Source of the DNA: Candidatus Uhrbacteria bacterium
GTDB lineage: Bacteria > Patescibacteriota > Patescibacteriia > UBA9934 > GWF2-40-263
DNA: 64,000 nucleotides
Assembly (NCBI GenBank): GCA_016188475.1
Contig: JACPHT010000006.1
Location: forward strand, 2,330-66,329
Direction of reading: 5' to 3'
Below are positions 51,758 through 63,392 of this stretch, one piece after another (positions within the stretch are counted from its first letter, which is position 1; each line of letters opens with the position of its first letter). The notes under the pieces are model-generated. The model was not told the origin of the DNA and did not search any database. It worked only from the letters and a program-made list of their open reading frames with translations. Made by a program: the position numbers and the translations under genes.

Positions 51758-52738
51758 CTAGCCGACATAGCGACGCTTAAATTCATTTGGGTGTGATGAG
51801 TTTAACCCGGCCTCAATGTCTTTGATGCACTGTCGCAGGAGTGCTCCAATGATTCTACCCTTGGCTTCGTAAACTCCACCTAGGTAGCTGTCCCGGAGTT
51901 GCGCAGCCATCGAGATTCTGCTCGCGTCTTCACGAAGGTAAGCATCTAGTAATGCTGTATAGATCCCTTTCCACTGCCTGGTCTTGACGCATTCGCGCAT
52001 CTCGCGTGTGATTGGATTTCCCAAGGCAGCGATCTTTCTTACCTTGATTGCTGCGATTAGTTCAGTTAGTCCATTTCTTTCTATTGAGTCCTCGGTCATT
52101 TTCGCTATGTACGCATCTGGATCATCAAAGAATTCGACCAACTGGGTTGGATTAAGCCTTTGACGTCCTTGTTGTCCATCGTCTCGATCTCCACTGCTCT
52201 TTTGTACGTCTCTTCGTTCGCGCCCCGTATCGTTTCTACGGCTCATCTCGTCTCCCTGAGGTTGTGATGCAGGTTGTTTCGATTGTACACCAGCAGGCGT
52301 GGCTGGAAGAATCGGTGTTGTGCGAGGCGGTTGTGCAACTTGCACCGGGCCGCTCAACATCCGACTTGCCCCTGATTGGACACTGACTGTTGCTGTGTCA
52401 GCAACCGGTTCTACGGCCGGTTGAACAACATCGATCGGTTCAGCCGGCACAGCTGCTTTCTGTTTGTGATTTTCCGCGATTTCTGCCAGGCCGAGTTTTC
52501 GCGGATCCTCGTCTTTTAGTTCGGCGACGTATGCATCAGAATCAATACAATACTGCAGAAGTGCATTTTGCACTCGGATACAGTACGCCTTACCTTCGTC
52601 TGATACGTAATTGGAAGAAAGAATTTCCTCCAACTCCTCATCTGTTGGTTCGATCCTTGAGATAAGAATGTTGCGAAGCTCGTCTGTTGGCTCGTCATCG
52701 CCGAAGAAGGCGAAGACGGCGTCAAGATAAGTAGGCAT
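51758..52738 (-). CDS. Hypothetical protein
   Basis: GAGGGAGG RBS; 326 aa with a Pro/Gln-rich middle. Confidence 0.75.
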   Translation of the reverse strand: MPTYLDAVFAFFGDDEPTDELRNILISRIEPTDEELEEILSSNYVSDEGKAYCIRVQNALLQYCIDSDAYVAELKDEDPRKLGLAEIAENHKQKAAVPAEPIDVVQPAVEPVADTATVSVQSGASRMLSGPVQVAQPPRTTPILPATPAGVQSKQPASQPQGDEMSRRNDTGRERRDVQKSSGDRDDGQQGRQRLNPTQLVEFFDDPDAYIAKMTEDSIERNGLTELIAAIKVRKIAALGNPITREMRECVKTRQWKGIYTALLDAYLREDASRISMAAQLRDSYLGGVYEAKGRIIGALLRQCIKDIEAGLNSSHPNEFKRRYVG

Positions 52739-52779
52739 TTTTTCCTCCCTCGGCTCAAAACCGAGATTGAAACCTACCA

Positions 52780-52836
52780 TAAATTAGTCAGAATGTCAAG
52801 CAATCCTTGACATTTTTTTGATTTTCTGCTAAATTC
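52780..52836. promoter_or_regulatory. Back-to-back sigma-70 -35 boxes for divergent hypothetical genes
   Basis: TGTCAA (minus-strand TTGACA) and TTGACA about 8 bp apart; TGCTAAATT -10 on the plus strand. Confidence 0.55.
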
Positions 52837-52869
52837 ATTCTCTGGCAAAAGCCAGTTTGAAAGGGAAAA

Positions 52870-54411
52870 ATGGAACGAAAGCAATTGTTGCTTCAGGAAT
52901 CTGGTTTGATCGTCAAGGGCGGTGGTGCTACGAAACCGCCGACCGCGGCATCAAAGGGCGAAATCGCACAGCCGTCTCGTTTCACCCAGATGCTCGCGAT
53001 CTGGGGCGAGCTCATTGATATCGCGGTTCTGACAGACAACAGGCGTCGTGTTCCGATCGAAGTGCGCAAGCGCGAAATGACGCGTCGATTCGTCCGCGAT
53101 CCGCGCGATCCGCAAGTTCCTCTTCTCGTTAAAGCGATGATCTTCGCTGAAAACGTGACTCGATTCAATCGGGAAACCAAGGAGCATGAACTTCAACCCG
53201 GCATTGGACTCGGGTACAAGGCAGAGATTCAGGTTTCTGTCAACAAAGGAAGTGACGAGACAGTCAAGGCTGTTCCGCACATTCTCGTTGACGGAGCCGG
53301 CGGAATGATTCCGTACGGCACATTCGAGGAGTCTGGTGGAAAGACGGTCGTGAACGCGCGCGAACATTTTTGCATGGTTCTGTGGCCAATGAAGAAAGGT
53401 CAGCCGTTCAGACTCCTGCCGCTCGGTCTCGCGTCTGCTTCACGGCTCGATATGTGGAACCGCGTGGCACAGGGTCTTCCAGGCCGCGGTCTTCCGACAA
53501 TCGAGCCAATCCGCCATAACCTTCTTGCCAAGGACGGTGCTCGCTACCTCGTGTACACGCCGCCAGGAATGTGGCAGTTCGATGGCGAAGAAGGCAAGGC
53601 GAGCTACCACTACGGCCACATCTGTGGCCAGACAGCTCGCGTTATCGAAAAGGGCGGATTTCCGCCGTATGACGACGAAGAAAACTGCACGTTCTCCGAA
53701 CAGAGAGTGTTTCTCGTTGAGCTTGGCGAGCGTTCGATCGGCCTGCAATACGTGGGTCGGAAGGGCAAGGTCAAGCTTCTCGAAGGTACTATCGATCTCG
53801 GTCAATCTCTCGCGGTTGAACCGTTCGAAGCGCTCGGAGTGTCGGTTCTCACAGCCAATCCGAGCAAGCAGTCCCGAACAGCTTTCGAGCTGGCAGGGCG
53901 TGGTGCGTTCACCCTGGACAATCCGCTCTTCGCCTACGCCGTCAGGATAGGACTGGTTGATCCAGTTGTGCTCGAAGATACACAGTCTGTACGTTCTTCA
54001 CTCAATCGGCTTGCGAGTCTCGTTGTTTCAACTCTTCGCGATCAGCTCGATGACATCAAACGGCGAGTTGTGGAACAGCTCTGTCGTGATCTGCTCCCGG
54101 ATTCTGAAATCGTTCTGGATGGCAAGTCGGCCGAAGAAGTTTGGCACCGCAATGGCGGCGAAGATTTCCTCGCAAAATGGATCAACGAGCGGATCGAAGG
54201 CGACTTCGACTGGAGCTCGTGGGTTCACCGCGGAGTTCGGATGGAGCTCCTGAAGAGAATCTCCGAACGCGCTCAGAATGTCGGAACTCCTCCCGCTCTT
54301 CCTGTGACCTTTGTCAATGCGGCTCCTATCGTAGCAGAAGTTCTTGGCCTGGTACCCACGCCAGCCAAGCGCATTCGCAAGCCTCGCGCTTCGAAGCCGG
54401 CACAGGCCTAG
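52870..54411 (+). CDS. Hypothetical protein (513 aa)
   Basis: Long GC-richer ORF with AAAGGGA RBS and a terminator at ~54420-54455; no recognised family. Confidence 0.8.
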   Translation: MERKQLLLQESGLIVKGGGATKPPTAASKGEIAQPSRFTQMLAIWGELIDIAVLTDNRRRVPIEVRKREMTRRFVRDPRDPQVPLLVKAMIFAENVTRFNRETKEHELQPGIGLGYKAEIQVSVNKGSDETVKAVPHILVDGAGGMIPYGTFEESGGKTVVNAREHFCMVLWPMKKGQPFRLLPLGLASASRLDMWNRVAQGLPGRGLPTIEPIRHNLLAKDGARYLVYTPPGMWQFDGEEGKASYHYGHICGQTARVIEKGGFPPYDDEENCTFSEQRVFLVELGERSIGLQYVGRKGKVKLLEGTIDLGQSLAVEPFEALGVSVLTANPSKQSRTAFELAGRGAFTLDNPLFAYAVRIGLVDPVVLEDTQSVRSSLNRLASLVVSTLRDQLDDIKRRVVEQLCRDLLPDSEIVLDGKSAEEVWHRNGGEDFLAKWINERIEGDFDWSSWVHRGVRMELLKRISERAQNVGTPPALPVTFVNAAPIVAEVLGLVPTPAKRIRKPRASKPAQA

Positions 54412-54496
54412 TTCTCTCGCAGTAGTGATTTCTTTCACTACTGTTTTTTTGTTTTTAATTGACAATTCTTGGTTGAGGGCTATTGAAATATTTTTA

Positions 54497-54579
54497 TTAT
54501 TGCCTGAGCCTGTCGAAGACTGTAGGCAAACAAGCCAAATTTTACCCATTCGACAGGCTCAGGGAATAAAATTTGGCTT
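54497..54579. repeat. REP-like inverted pair
   Basis: 54503-54518 and 54546-54563; the second is inside arms AAGCCAAATTTTA/TAAAATTTGGCTT. Confidence 0.85.
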
Positions 54580-54882
54580 TTGTAAGCCTCTCGCTACCAG
54601 GTAGCGAGAAGATATATTCTAATTCACCAATCACACAATTTTTTTTAGAAACAACAGATATTCGTAATCTATTATATGAGCAGTTGCATCATGTTGGAAG
54701 GAGTCGAGGAGGAGTAAAGAAGCCAACTGCTTGGCTTCGTACCTCCGAGACGGGTTGGACGATGTCTGGCTGAAAGCCAGACCGTACAACACCTACGGCG
54801 AAGAGTCCGTTGGCCCGGAGACACGGTTCGATTGTCATATACTCGTCAACCAGTCTGTTGGTTCCATATTCAAATCACATAT

Positions 54883-55044
54883 AAAATTGTTTAGACTCTC
54901 TGTTCGCCGACATCCGGAGCCGACCTGTACAAACACTTGTTAACTACGTCGATTCACGTCGGCGAGGACTAAGCCGCCGCCACTAACTCTGGTTGTCATA
55001 AACGTCCACGGCGGCGGTCAAGAACAGATAGTCTAAACGATTTT
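54883..55044. ncRNA. Structured ~160-nt element, copy B
   Basis: Closing stem AAAATTGTTTAGACTCTCTGTTC/GAACAGATAGTCTAAACGATTTT; homologous to 40974-41134. Confidence 0.6.
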
Positions 55045-55149
55045 TCCACCTTCTTGACCCTCTTTTCAAAAAACTGTACACTATCGGCGCCTTTTAAAGT
55101 ATTACGCAACGCAGAGATTGCTTCGCTTCGCTCGCAATGACATTGGTTT

Positions 55150-55398
55150 ATGAAAGATATCGACGCGGCCTATCATCGTTTGGCCTACAAAATTTTTGCT
55201 GAATTTACTGGAACAATCGCTGTACCAGCTGTTCTTGCGGCACTTTTGGGCAAATGGCTTGATGAAAGATATGGAACAGAGCCGCGATACATAATTCTGC
55301 TTCTCGCATTCGCGTTTTTTTCTTCCGCAGTTATCATATTCAAAAAAGCGAAAAAATATCGAGATGAATACGTGTCAATAATTAAAAAAGATGTATGA
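55150..55398 (+). CDS. AtpZ/AtpI-like ATP synthase accessory protein
   Basis: G.WLD..YGT.P motif, 2 TMs, first gene of the atp operon. Confidence 0.8.
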   Translation: MKDIDAAYHRLAYKIFAEFTGTIAVPAVLAALLGKWLDERYGTEPRYIILLLAFAFFSSAVIIFKKAKKYRDEYVSIIKKDV

Positions 55399-56225
55399 GC
55401 CTTGTACTTCCTCCAGTTGCGGCTGAACAAGTTTTTCAAATCGGATCGTTTCCAATCACAAATTCCATTATCAACGGATGGATTGCTGTACTCTTTTTCG
55501 TTATATTAGCTTTTCTTGTTCGCAATCGCAGTGCGCTTGTTCCAAAAGGTTTACAAAATATAGTTGAGGGGACAGTTGAATTTTTACTTAAAGAAGTTGA
55601 AAAAGTCACAGGAGATAAAATAAGAGCCAGAAAATTTTTGCCAATCGTTGGAACTATTTTTTTGTTTATTCTTTTTTCAAATTGGATCGGGCTTTTGCCA
55701 GGGACTGGATCAATCGGAGTATGGGGTGAGATACACGGTGAAACAGAATTGATTCCACTTTTGCGACCGGCTTCAAGCGACTTGAACCTAACACTCGCAA
55801 TGGCGCTTTTTGCAATCATCACATCGCATGTGATGGCGCTTATTACTGTTGGACCTGTCAATCACATCAGTAAATTTGTGAACGTACGAGGAATTATCCG
55901 ATCAATTAAACATGGACCAATGGCGATAGTTGTTGCAGTGATAGAATTTGGTGTTGGATTGATTGAGATTGTAAGTGAGATTGCAAAAGTGGTTTCACTA
56001 TCTCTTCGTTTGTTTGGAAACATTTTTGCTGGCGAAGTTTTGATTACTGTTATGCTTGGACTGCTTGCTTATATATTGCCAATTCCGTTTATGTTCTTGG
56101 AGTTGCTTGTTGGAGCTGTTCAGGCTACAGTCTTTGCCATGTTGACTCTTGCGTATCTGGTTGTTGCAACAGATGAACACGGACATGAAGAATCTGGCGA
56201 ACATGTTGAACCAGCGCACGCTTAA
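55395..56225 (+). CDS. atpB: ATP synthase Fo subunit a
   Basis: NW.GLLPG, SLSLRLFGNIFAGE, QA.VF..LT..Y. Confidence 0.96.
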   Translation: MSLVLPPVAAEQVFQIGSFPITNSIINGWIAVLFFVILAFLVRNRSALVPKGLQNIVEGTVEFLLKEVEKVTGDKIRARKFLPIVGTIFLFILFSNWIGLLPGTGSIGVWGEIHGETELIPLLRPASSDLNLTLAMALFAIITSHVMALITVGPVNHISKFVNVRGIIRSIKHGPMAIVVAVIEFGVGLIEIVSEIAKVVSLSLRLFGNIFAGEVLITVMLGLLAYILPIPFMFLELLVGAVQATVFAMLTLAYLVVATDEHGHEESGEHVEPAHA

Positions 56226-56236
56226 TAAATAATTAA

Positions 56237-56476
<240 letters not shown>

Positions 56477-56517
56477 ATAATGCAGAACAGAAAACGGTAG
56501 CTTGTTATTAAAAATAA

Positions 56518-56592
56518 TTACCCGAACTAATCGAAGGCTGTAATAGAAATTGATAATCAATTTATCCCTTCGATAGGCTCAGGGGATAAAAT
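56518..56592. repeat. REP-like pair inside the atp operon
   Basis: CCTTCGATAGGCTCAGG at 56567-56583 plus a degenerate partner near 56521-56537. Confidence 0.7.
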
Positions 56593-56630
56593 ATGTGAAA
56601 TTAACAAGCTACTACTTTTTTTCTTCATAT

Positions 56631-57191
56631 ATGTCTGAAACAAATCTAACAACCGAGCTTGCAAATGGAACCATCAAAACTGTTGAAGCAACTGGCGGTA
56701 TTGGAATGCTTGGAATCAATTTGAAAATTTTTATTGCGCAACTTATCAACTTTGTTGTTGTTCTTCTTGTGCTTTGGAAATGGGTTTACAAACCTTTCGT
56801 AAAACTTCTTGACGATCGTTCATCTAGAATTGAAAAAAGTGTGAAGCAAACGCAGGAGATTGAAGAACGTCTTGCAAAAAGTGAAAAGGAACAAAAACAA
56901 ATTCTTGTTCAAGCGCGCGCAGAAGCCGCCTCTGTTTTGGAACAAGCGCGAACTGATGCGGAGAATAGAAAAAAAGAGCTGATCGATTCGGCAAAACAAG
57001 AAGTTCAACGAGTTGTCGCTCAAGGGAAAGAACAATTGAAAGTTGAAAAAGTCACAATGATAAAAGAAGCAAAATCAGAAATCGTTGAAATCGCGATCAC
57101 TGCGGCAGAGAAAATTTTGAAAGAATCGGTTGATCAAAAATCGTCGCAAAAGTTTGCTCAAGAAGTAGTTGATAAGATAGACAAAGTATGA
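56631..57191 (+). CDS. atpF: ATP synthase Fo subunit b
   Basis: AQLINF..L....YKP....LD.R then coiled coil. Confidence 0.93.
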   Translation: MSETNLTTELANGTIKTVEATGGIGMLGINLKIFIAQLINFVVVLLVLWKWVYKPFVKLLDDRSSRIEKSVKQTQEIEERLAKSEKEQKQILVQARAEAASVLEQARTDAENRKKELIDSAKQEVQRVVAQGKEQLKVEKVTMIKEAKSEIVEIAITAAEKILKESVDQKSSQKFAQEVVDKIDKV

Positions 57192-57571
57192 AATTCACAG
57201 ATAAACAATTAGCAAAAGTTTTATTCGACATCGTTGAAAAAGGAAATAAAAAAGATCTGAGCGTAATTACAGATGAATTTGTGAAATTTTTAGCAGAGCG
57301 AGCCGAACTTCACAGAATGTCCGGAGTGATCCAATCTTTTGAAAAAATTTGGAAGGAACAATATGGCGCGGCAACAATTACAGTTGAAAGCGCACATCCA
57401 TTATCGACGTCATTAAAAAAACGAGTTGAAGAAATCGCTCAAGGCGCGGAGATTCGTGAAATAGTAAATGAGAAATTAATCGGCGGAGCAAAAATTAGAC
57501 TGGATGATCGAGCTGTTGATGGTTCAATATCCGGACAGTTACAAAGATTGAAAAATTTTATATCCGCATAG
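57188..57571 (+). CDS. atpH: ATP synthase F1 subunit delta
   Basis: V.SA.PL, LIGG..I..D.S...QL..L; operon position. Confidence 0.88.
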   Translation: MKFTDKQLAKVLFDIVEKGNKKDLSVITDEFVKFLAERAELHRMSGVIQSFEKIWKEQYGAATITVESAHPLSTSLKKRVEEIAQGAEIREIVNEKLIGGAKIRLDDRAVDGSISGQLQRLKNFISA

Positions 57572-57577
57572 GTAAAT

Positions 57578-57618
57578 CCTTCGACTCTCCGGCTTTAGGC
57601 CGGATCGCTCAGGATGAC
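57578..57618. repeat. REP-like element with nested palindrome
   Basis: CCTTCGACTC-[TCCGGCTTTAGGCCGGA]-TCGCTCAGGATGAC. Confidence 0.75.
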
Positions 57619-57634
57619 AACAAAGAATAAATAT

Positions 57635-59140
57635 ATGTCAACAAAATCAGAGATCATTGACGCGCTAAAAAAATCACTCGAACAGTTTCACGCTTCAGCA
57701 AAAGAGGAACAAGTCGGAACTGTGATAGCTGTTGGAGATGGCACTGCTCGCATGACAGGTCTTGAAAAAGCTCAAGCATCTGAAATGTTGGAATTTCCAA
57801 ACGGAGTTTTTGGAGTCGTACTTAACTTGGAAGAAGACAGTGTTGGAGCGGTTATTCTAGGTGACGCGTCAAAAATCAAAGAAGGCGACACGGTGAAAAC
57901 AACCGGACGCATTTTGTCTATTCCGGTTTCTGAAAACGTTCTTGGTCGCGTAATTGATCCACTTGGAAATCCAAAAGATGGAAAAGGCAAAATCGAAGCT
58001 CGTGAATTTTTCCCAATTGAAAAAGTTGCGCCAGGTGTAATGACTCGAAAATCCGTCGGTGTTCCACTTCAAACAGGAATCAAAGCGATTGACTCAATGA
58101 TTCCAATTGGCCGCGGACAACGCGAACTTATTATTGGAGATCGTCAAACTGGAAAAACCGCGATTGCTGTTGATACAATCATCAATCAAAAAGGGCAAAA
58201 CGTGAAATGTATTTACGTTGCTATTGGACAAAAAGAATCCAAGGTTGCAAAAATTGTCGCAAAACTTGAAGAAGCTGGCGCAATGGAATACACGACTGTT
58301 GTTGTGGCAGGTGCTTCTGATCCAGCATCGCTTTCTTACATCGCTCCGTTTTCTGGTTGTACAATCGGAGAATTTTTCATGGCAAAAGGTGAGGATGCTC
58401 TTGTGATTTACGATGACCTTTCAAAACAAGCTTGGGCGTATCGTGAAATTTCTTTGCTTCTTCGCCGACCGCCGGGTCGCGAAGCGTATCCGGGAGACGT
58501 TTTTTATCTTCACTCGCGTTTGCTTGAACGCGCCGCTCGTTTGAGTCCAGAAAACGGAGGAGGTTCACTCACTGCTCTTCCAATTATTGAAACTCAAGCC
58601 GGTGATGTTTCAGCTTATATTCCAACAAACGTTATTTCAATCACAGACGGTCAGATTTATCTTGAAAGCGATTTGTTTTATCGCGGAATTCGTCCGGCTT
58701 TGAACGTTGGCTTGTCAGTCTCGCGCGTTGGCTCATCTGCGCAAACAAAAGCAATGAAAAAAGTTGCAGGAAAATTGCGTTTGGATCTGGCGCAGTTTCG
58801 CGAGCTTGAAGCGTTCGCGCAATTTGCGACTGACCTCGATCCGCAAACTCGAGCACAAATCGAGCGCGGACGTCGCACAACTGAAATTTTGAAACAAAGA
58901 CAATATCAGCCAATTCCATTTGAAGAACAGGTTGCGATTATCTTTGCCGTTATCAATGGATTTTTGGATGAAGTGCCAGTTGATCAAGTTGTGAAATGGG
59001 AAATGGAGTTTCGTTCATATATGTTGTCGTCAGGCGCAGTAACTCTCAAAAAACTTCAGGACGAAAAAGCGATCAGTGACGAAATCGAGGCTCTGCTCAA
59101 AAAAGATATTACAAATTTTAATCAGACGTTTAAAGGTTAG
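57635..59140 (+). CDS. atpA: ATP synthase F1 subunit alpha
   Basis: [29 protein letters not shown]. Confidence 0.98.
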   Translation: MSTKSEIIDALKKSLEQFHASAKEEQVGTVIAVGDGTARMTGLEKAQASEMLEFPNGVFGVVLNLEEDSVGAVILGDASKIKEGDTVKTTGRILSIPVSENVLGRVIDPLGNPKDGKGKIEAREFFPIEKVAPGVMTRKSVGVPLQTGIKAIDSMIPIGRGQRELIIGDRQTGKTAIAVDTIINQKGQNVKCIYVAIGQKESKVAKIVAKLEEAGAMEYTTVVVAGASDPASLSYIAPFSGCTIGEFFMAKGEDALVIYDDLSKQAWAYREISLLLRRPPGREAYPGDVFYLHSRLLERAARLSPENGGGSLTALPIIETQAGDVSAYIPTNVISITDGQIYLESDLFYRGIRPALNVGLSVSRVGSSAQTKAMKKVAGKLRLDLAQFRELEAFAQFATDLDPQTRAQIERGRRTTEILKQRQYQPIPFEEQVAIIFAVINGFLDEVPVDQVVKWEMEFRSYMLSSGAVTLKKLQDEKAISDEIEALLKKDITNFNQTFKG

Positions 59141-59145
59141 ATATT

Positions 59146-59208
59146 CCCTGAGCGGAGACCAAATATTTCTTCGACAGGCTCAGTAAATATTTGGTCGTAG
59201 TCGAAGGG
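59146..59208. repeat. Nested REP-like element
   Basis: Outer CCCTGAGCG..AGTCGAAGGG; inner CTTCGACAGGCTCAG within arms GACCAAATATTT/AAATATTTGGTC. Confidence 0.8.
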
Positions 59209-59214
59209 TACACT

Positions 59215-60132
59215 ATGGCTGTTCAAACTCGCGCAATCAAACGTCGCATAAAATCCGTTACCAATACTCGAAAGATTACGAAAGCGATGGAATTGGTCGC
59301 GGCAAGCAAAATGCGAAAAGCAGTCGGAGCAGTTTCTGCATCTCGACCATATTCGAAATTAGCATGGGACACAGTTCTTTCTGTTGGTGGAAAAATTGAT
59401 GCAACACTTCATCCTTTAATGCGACAAAGCGGAAAAGTTGAAAACGTTTTAATCTTGCTTCTCGCGTCAGATCGAGGACTTGCCGGAGGATACAACACAA
59501 ACGTAATCAAGTCTGCGATAAATGAGATACGAAGACTTGGCGACAGTGTAAAAAGTCAAACTATCTGTATTGGAAAACGTGGAGCTGACGCGATGCGACG
59601 AATCAAACAACCTGTTCTAGCAAGTTTCACTGAAATTACCAATAATCCAAAGTTTGAAGAAATTCTGCCGATCGGGAAAATGATAATAAATGAATTTAGC
59701 GATGGGAAATACGATAAAGTTTTACTTGTGTATACAGACTTTGTCAGTGCAATAAGTCAAAAACCACTTATACTTGAACTACTGCCATTTGGAGTACAAA
59801 AAAAATCTGAAGAGTTGGGAGAAACTAGTGAAGACAAAGGAGGGCAGAAAAAGACAAAGGAGGAAAAAGGAGATTACACTTTTGAACCAACACCGCGCGA
59901 AGTTCTAGACAAGATGTTGCCGAGATTGGTTGAAACAATGGTGTATCAAGCAGTTCTAGAAGCCGCGGCTTCAGAACATTCATCACGAATGTTCGCGATG
60001 AGAAGCGCGTCGGAAAATGCAGGAGAAATGATAGACGATCTTTCATTCACATTTAACCAAGCTCGTCAGGCTGGAATCACACAAGAGATCGCGGAAATAT
60101 CAAGCGGCAAGGCGGCACTAGAAGCAAAATAA
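59215..60132 (+). CDS. atpG: ATP synthase F1 subunit gamma
   Basis: KITKAMELVAASK, SDRGLAG, ASEHSSRM.AM, RQA.ITQEI.EI. Confidence 0.97.
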   Translation: MAVQTRAIKRRIKSVTNTRKITKAMELVAASKMRKAVGAVSASRPYSKLAWDTVLSVGGKIDATLHPLMRQSGKVENVLILLLASDRGLAGGYNTNVIKSAINEIRRLGDSVKSQTICIGKRGADAMRRIKQPVLASFTEITNNPKFEEILPIGKMIINEFSDGKYDKVLLVYTDFVSAISQKPLILELLPFGVQKKSEELGETSEDKGGQKKTKEEKGDYTFEPTPREVLDKMLPRLVETMVYQAVLEAAASEHSSRMFAMRSASENAGEMIDDLSFTFNQARQAGITQEIAEISSGKAALEAK

Positions 60133-61515
<1,383 letters not shown>

Positions 61516-61590
61516 TCGATCGTTTGTTTCAAAAGAGACAGTCTGATGTTAACTTTTGTTTATCGCTAAAGAGAAAGATTAAGATAATTT

Positions 61591-62028
61591 ATGCCTCTCA
61601 TACTTAAAATCGTCACACCAGAAAGAATCGTGTACGAAGACACGGTTGATTCGGTTTCTGTTATGACACAGATGGGAGAAATAACAATTTTGCCTGGACA
61701 CATTCCACTTGTTGCCAATCTTCAAGCTGGAGAATTACGCACAAAGAAAAATGGTGAAGAAATTTTTCTGGTTTCTTCCACTGGTTTTTTGGAAGTTCGG
61801 CCTGGAAATCAAGTTACGATTTTAGCTGACACTGCAGAACGGGTTGAAGAATTAGAGTTAGAAAAAATAGAGGTCGCAAAAGAGCGCGCAAGAAAAATGC
61901 TTGAAGAAAAACGAAACATCGATGATGTAGCATTTGCTGATGCGGCCGCAATGCTTGAACGAGAACTTGCCCGTGAACGAGTTGCAATCAAGAGAAAAAA
62001 ATATCGTGATGTTGGAAAACAGGATTAG
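61591..62028 (+). CDS. atpC: ATP synthase F1 subunit epsilon
   Basis: IVTPE, GEITILPGH.P, GFLEV, ILAD.A. Confidence 0.95.
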   Translation: MPLILKIVTPERIVYEDTVDSVSVMTQMGEITILPGHIPLVANLQAGELRTKKNGEEIFLVSSTGFLEVRPGNQVTILADTAERVEELELEKIEVAKERARKMLEEKRNIDDVAFADAAAMLERELARERVAIKRKKYRDVGKQD

Positions 62029-62105
62029 AATTCCGTATTGACATGAAAACTGTTTCATGTTAGCAATGGGTTTCGAATCCAAATCTAATAAACCACGGAA
62101 GGAGT

Positions 62106-63188
62106 ATGTCTATGCCAAATGGTCTTGATCTGCACACAATGCCAATCGCTCAATTGCGATCTTGGCTTCTTGAGCACAATAGGCAACAGAGCGAGATTTT
62201 CTGTGAGCCTGACACCAAAGGGCTTCGCATGCAACATCGAGGCATGCATCCAACGGAATTCATGGCTTTGAAGTGCATGGACGGCCGTCTCAATCTGCCT
62301 CTTATCGCGCAGATTCCGCTTGGAATCGTTCAGCCATTGCGCGGACTTGGTGGAAAATTCGATCTTGGTTGGCCATACCTCGGTGAGGTTGTGACCGACT
62401 GGGTTCGTTACTCCATGGGAAAAGGTCGAGACTGTATTATCCTTGTCACATACCACTGGTCTCGCGGCGACAAGCATCGCGGTTGCCGTGGCTTTGGTTA
62501 TGATGAGGAAGCGGCACGAACTTACACTGTCGAATTTACCGCGCAAGTTGAGAGGATGTTCGGAAAACGACATACGACCGTATACCCAGTTCGGCTCGGC
62601 GTCGAAACCGACGAAGACGCTTTGGTTTTTCACGGTGCCAATGGAAAGGTCTTGGATCTTTCAAAGGCAGATGGATATACCGAAGCTGACCTACGTGTTG
62701 CGCTCATGGATCTATTCCCAGACATGAAACAACGCATGCTGGAGGATTTGCTTCCTCTTGCAGTTGGCAATGTTCGACACATCGCGGAAGTGCGAAAATC
62801 GAATCGGCCAATTGAGGAAGCAGAACACCGTGAGCGAATCATTGGCGCTGGAAGAGGGTTTGATTGGTTGCATATCTTGAACCTCGCGTTCTTGGTTGGC
62901 CCATTTGATCCTGATCTTGCAAAGCCGATTCGAACAGCGGCGAAACTCATTGCTGATAATCTCAAAGCTGGTCGTGTGCCAGATGATGGGATTGTTCTGC
63001 TCACTTGTGCTCCTTATCGTGAGGAAGCCGGATACGATGTTCCGCGCGCTACAGAGAAAGTCATTATGCTTTCAAGGTTTGCTTTGAGTGTGATCGAGGA
63101 CGAGGTTCCAGATCTGAAGGGTCGAGTTCACATGATCACTGGAATTGTGAACCAACACACGCGTAAACTAGATGAGGTCAGTCTCTAG
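62106..63188 (+). CDS. Beta-class carbonic anhydrase, CsoSCA-like
   Basis: CMDGR and HWSRGDKHRGC zinc-ligand pattern; GGAAGGAG RBS. Confidence 0.7.
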   Translation: MSMPNGLDLHTMPIAQLRSWLLEHNRQQSEIFCEPDTKGLRMQHRGMHPTEFMALKCMDGRLNLPLIAQIPLGIVQPLRGLGGKFDLGWPYLGEVVTDWVRYSMGKGRDCIILVTYHWSRGDKHRGCRGFGYDEEAARTYTVEFTAQVERMFGKRHTTVYPVRLGVETDEDALVFHGANGKVLDLSKADGYTEADLRVALMDLFPDMKQRMLEDLLPLAVGNVRHIAEVRKSNRPIEEAEHRERIIGAGRGFDWLHILNLAFLVGPFDPDLAKPIRTAAKLIADNLKAGRVPDDGIVLLTCAPYREEAGYDVPRATEKVIMLSRFALSVIEDEVPDLKGRVHMITGIVNQHTRKLDEVSL

Positions 63189-63216
63189 CACCCATAACGG
63201 GTGCTTTTTCTTTTTT
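63187..63216 (+). terminator. Intrinsic terminator
   Basis: AGCACCC-ATAAC-GGGTGCT plus T runs. Confidence 0.75.
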
Positions 63217-63225
63217 CTGTCATCT

Positions 63226-63300
63226 AGAGCGATTTGTGTCATGTCTCCGTGCCAACGGACTCTTCGCCGTTGTTCACTCCGACATGGCACAAACCGCTCT
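63226..63300. repeat. Hairpin element family C, copy 2
   Basis: Core GTCTCCGTGCCAACGGACTCTTCGCCGTTG inside arms AGAGCGATTTGTGTCATGTC/GACATGGCACAAACCGCTCT. Confidence 0.75.
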
Positions 63301-63314
63301 TTTTGGTCTTTTTA

Positions 63315-63343
63315 TTGACAAAAGATCAGGAAAGCGGTAATCT
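63315..63343 (+). promoter_or_regulatory. Sigma-70 promoter
   Basis: TTGACA-17 bp-TAATCT. Confidence 0.6.
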
Positions 63344-63392
63344 CGTCACGGTTGTTCTACAAAGTCGAATAAAAGAAGGGGAGAAAGAGACA

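Noticed and set aside
54690-55044. RNase P RNA, tmRNA, SRP or hammerhead ribozyme
   Set aside because: No GAGGAAAGTCC P4 strand with matching 3' partner, no tRNA-like ends, no SRP loop, and no conserved CTGAnGA/GAAA core.
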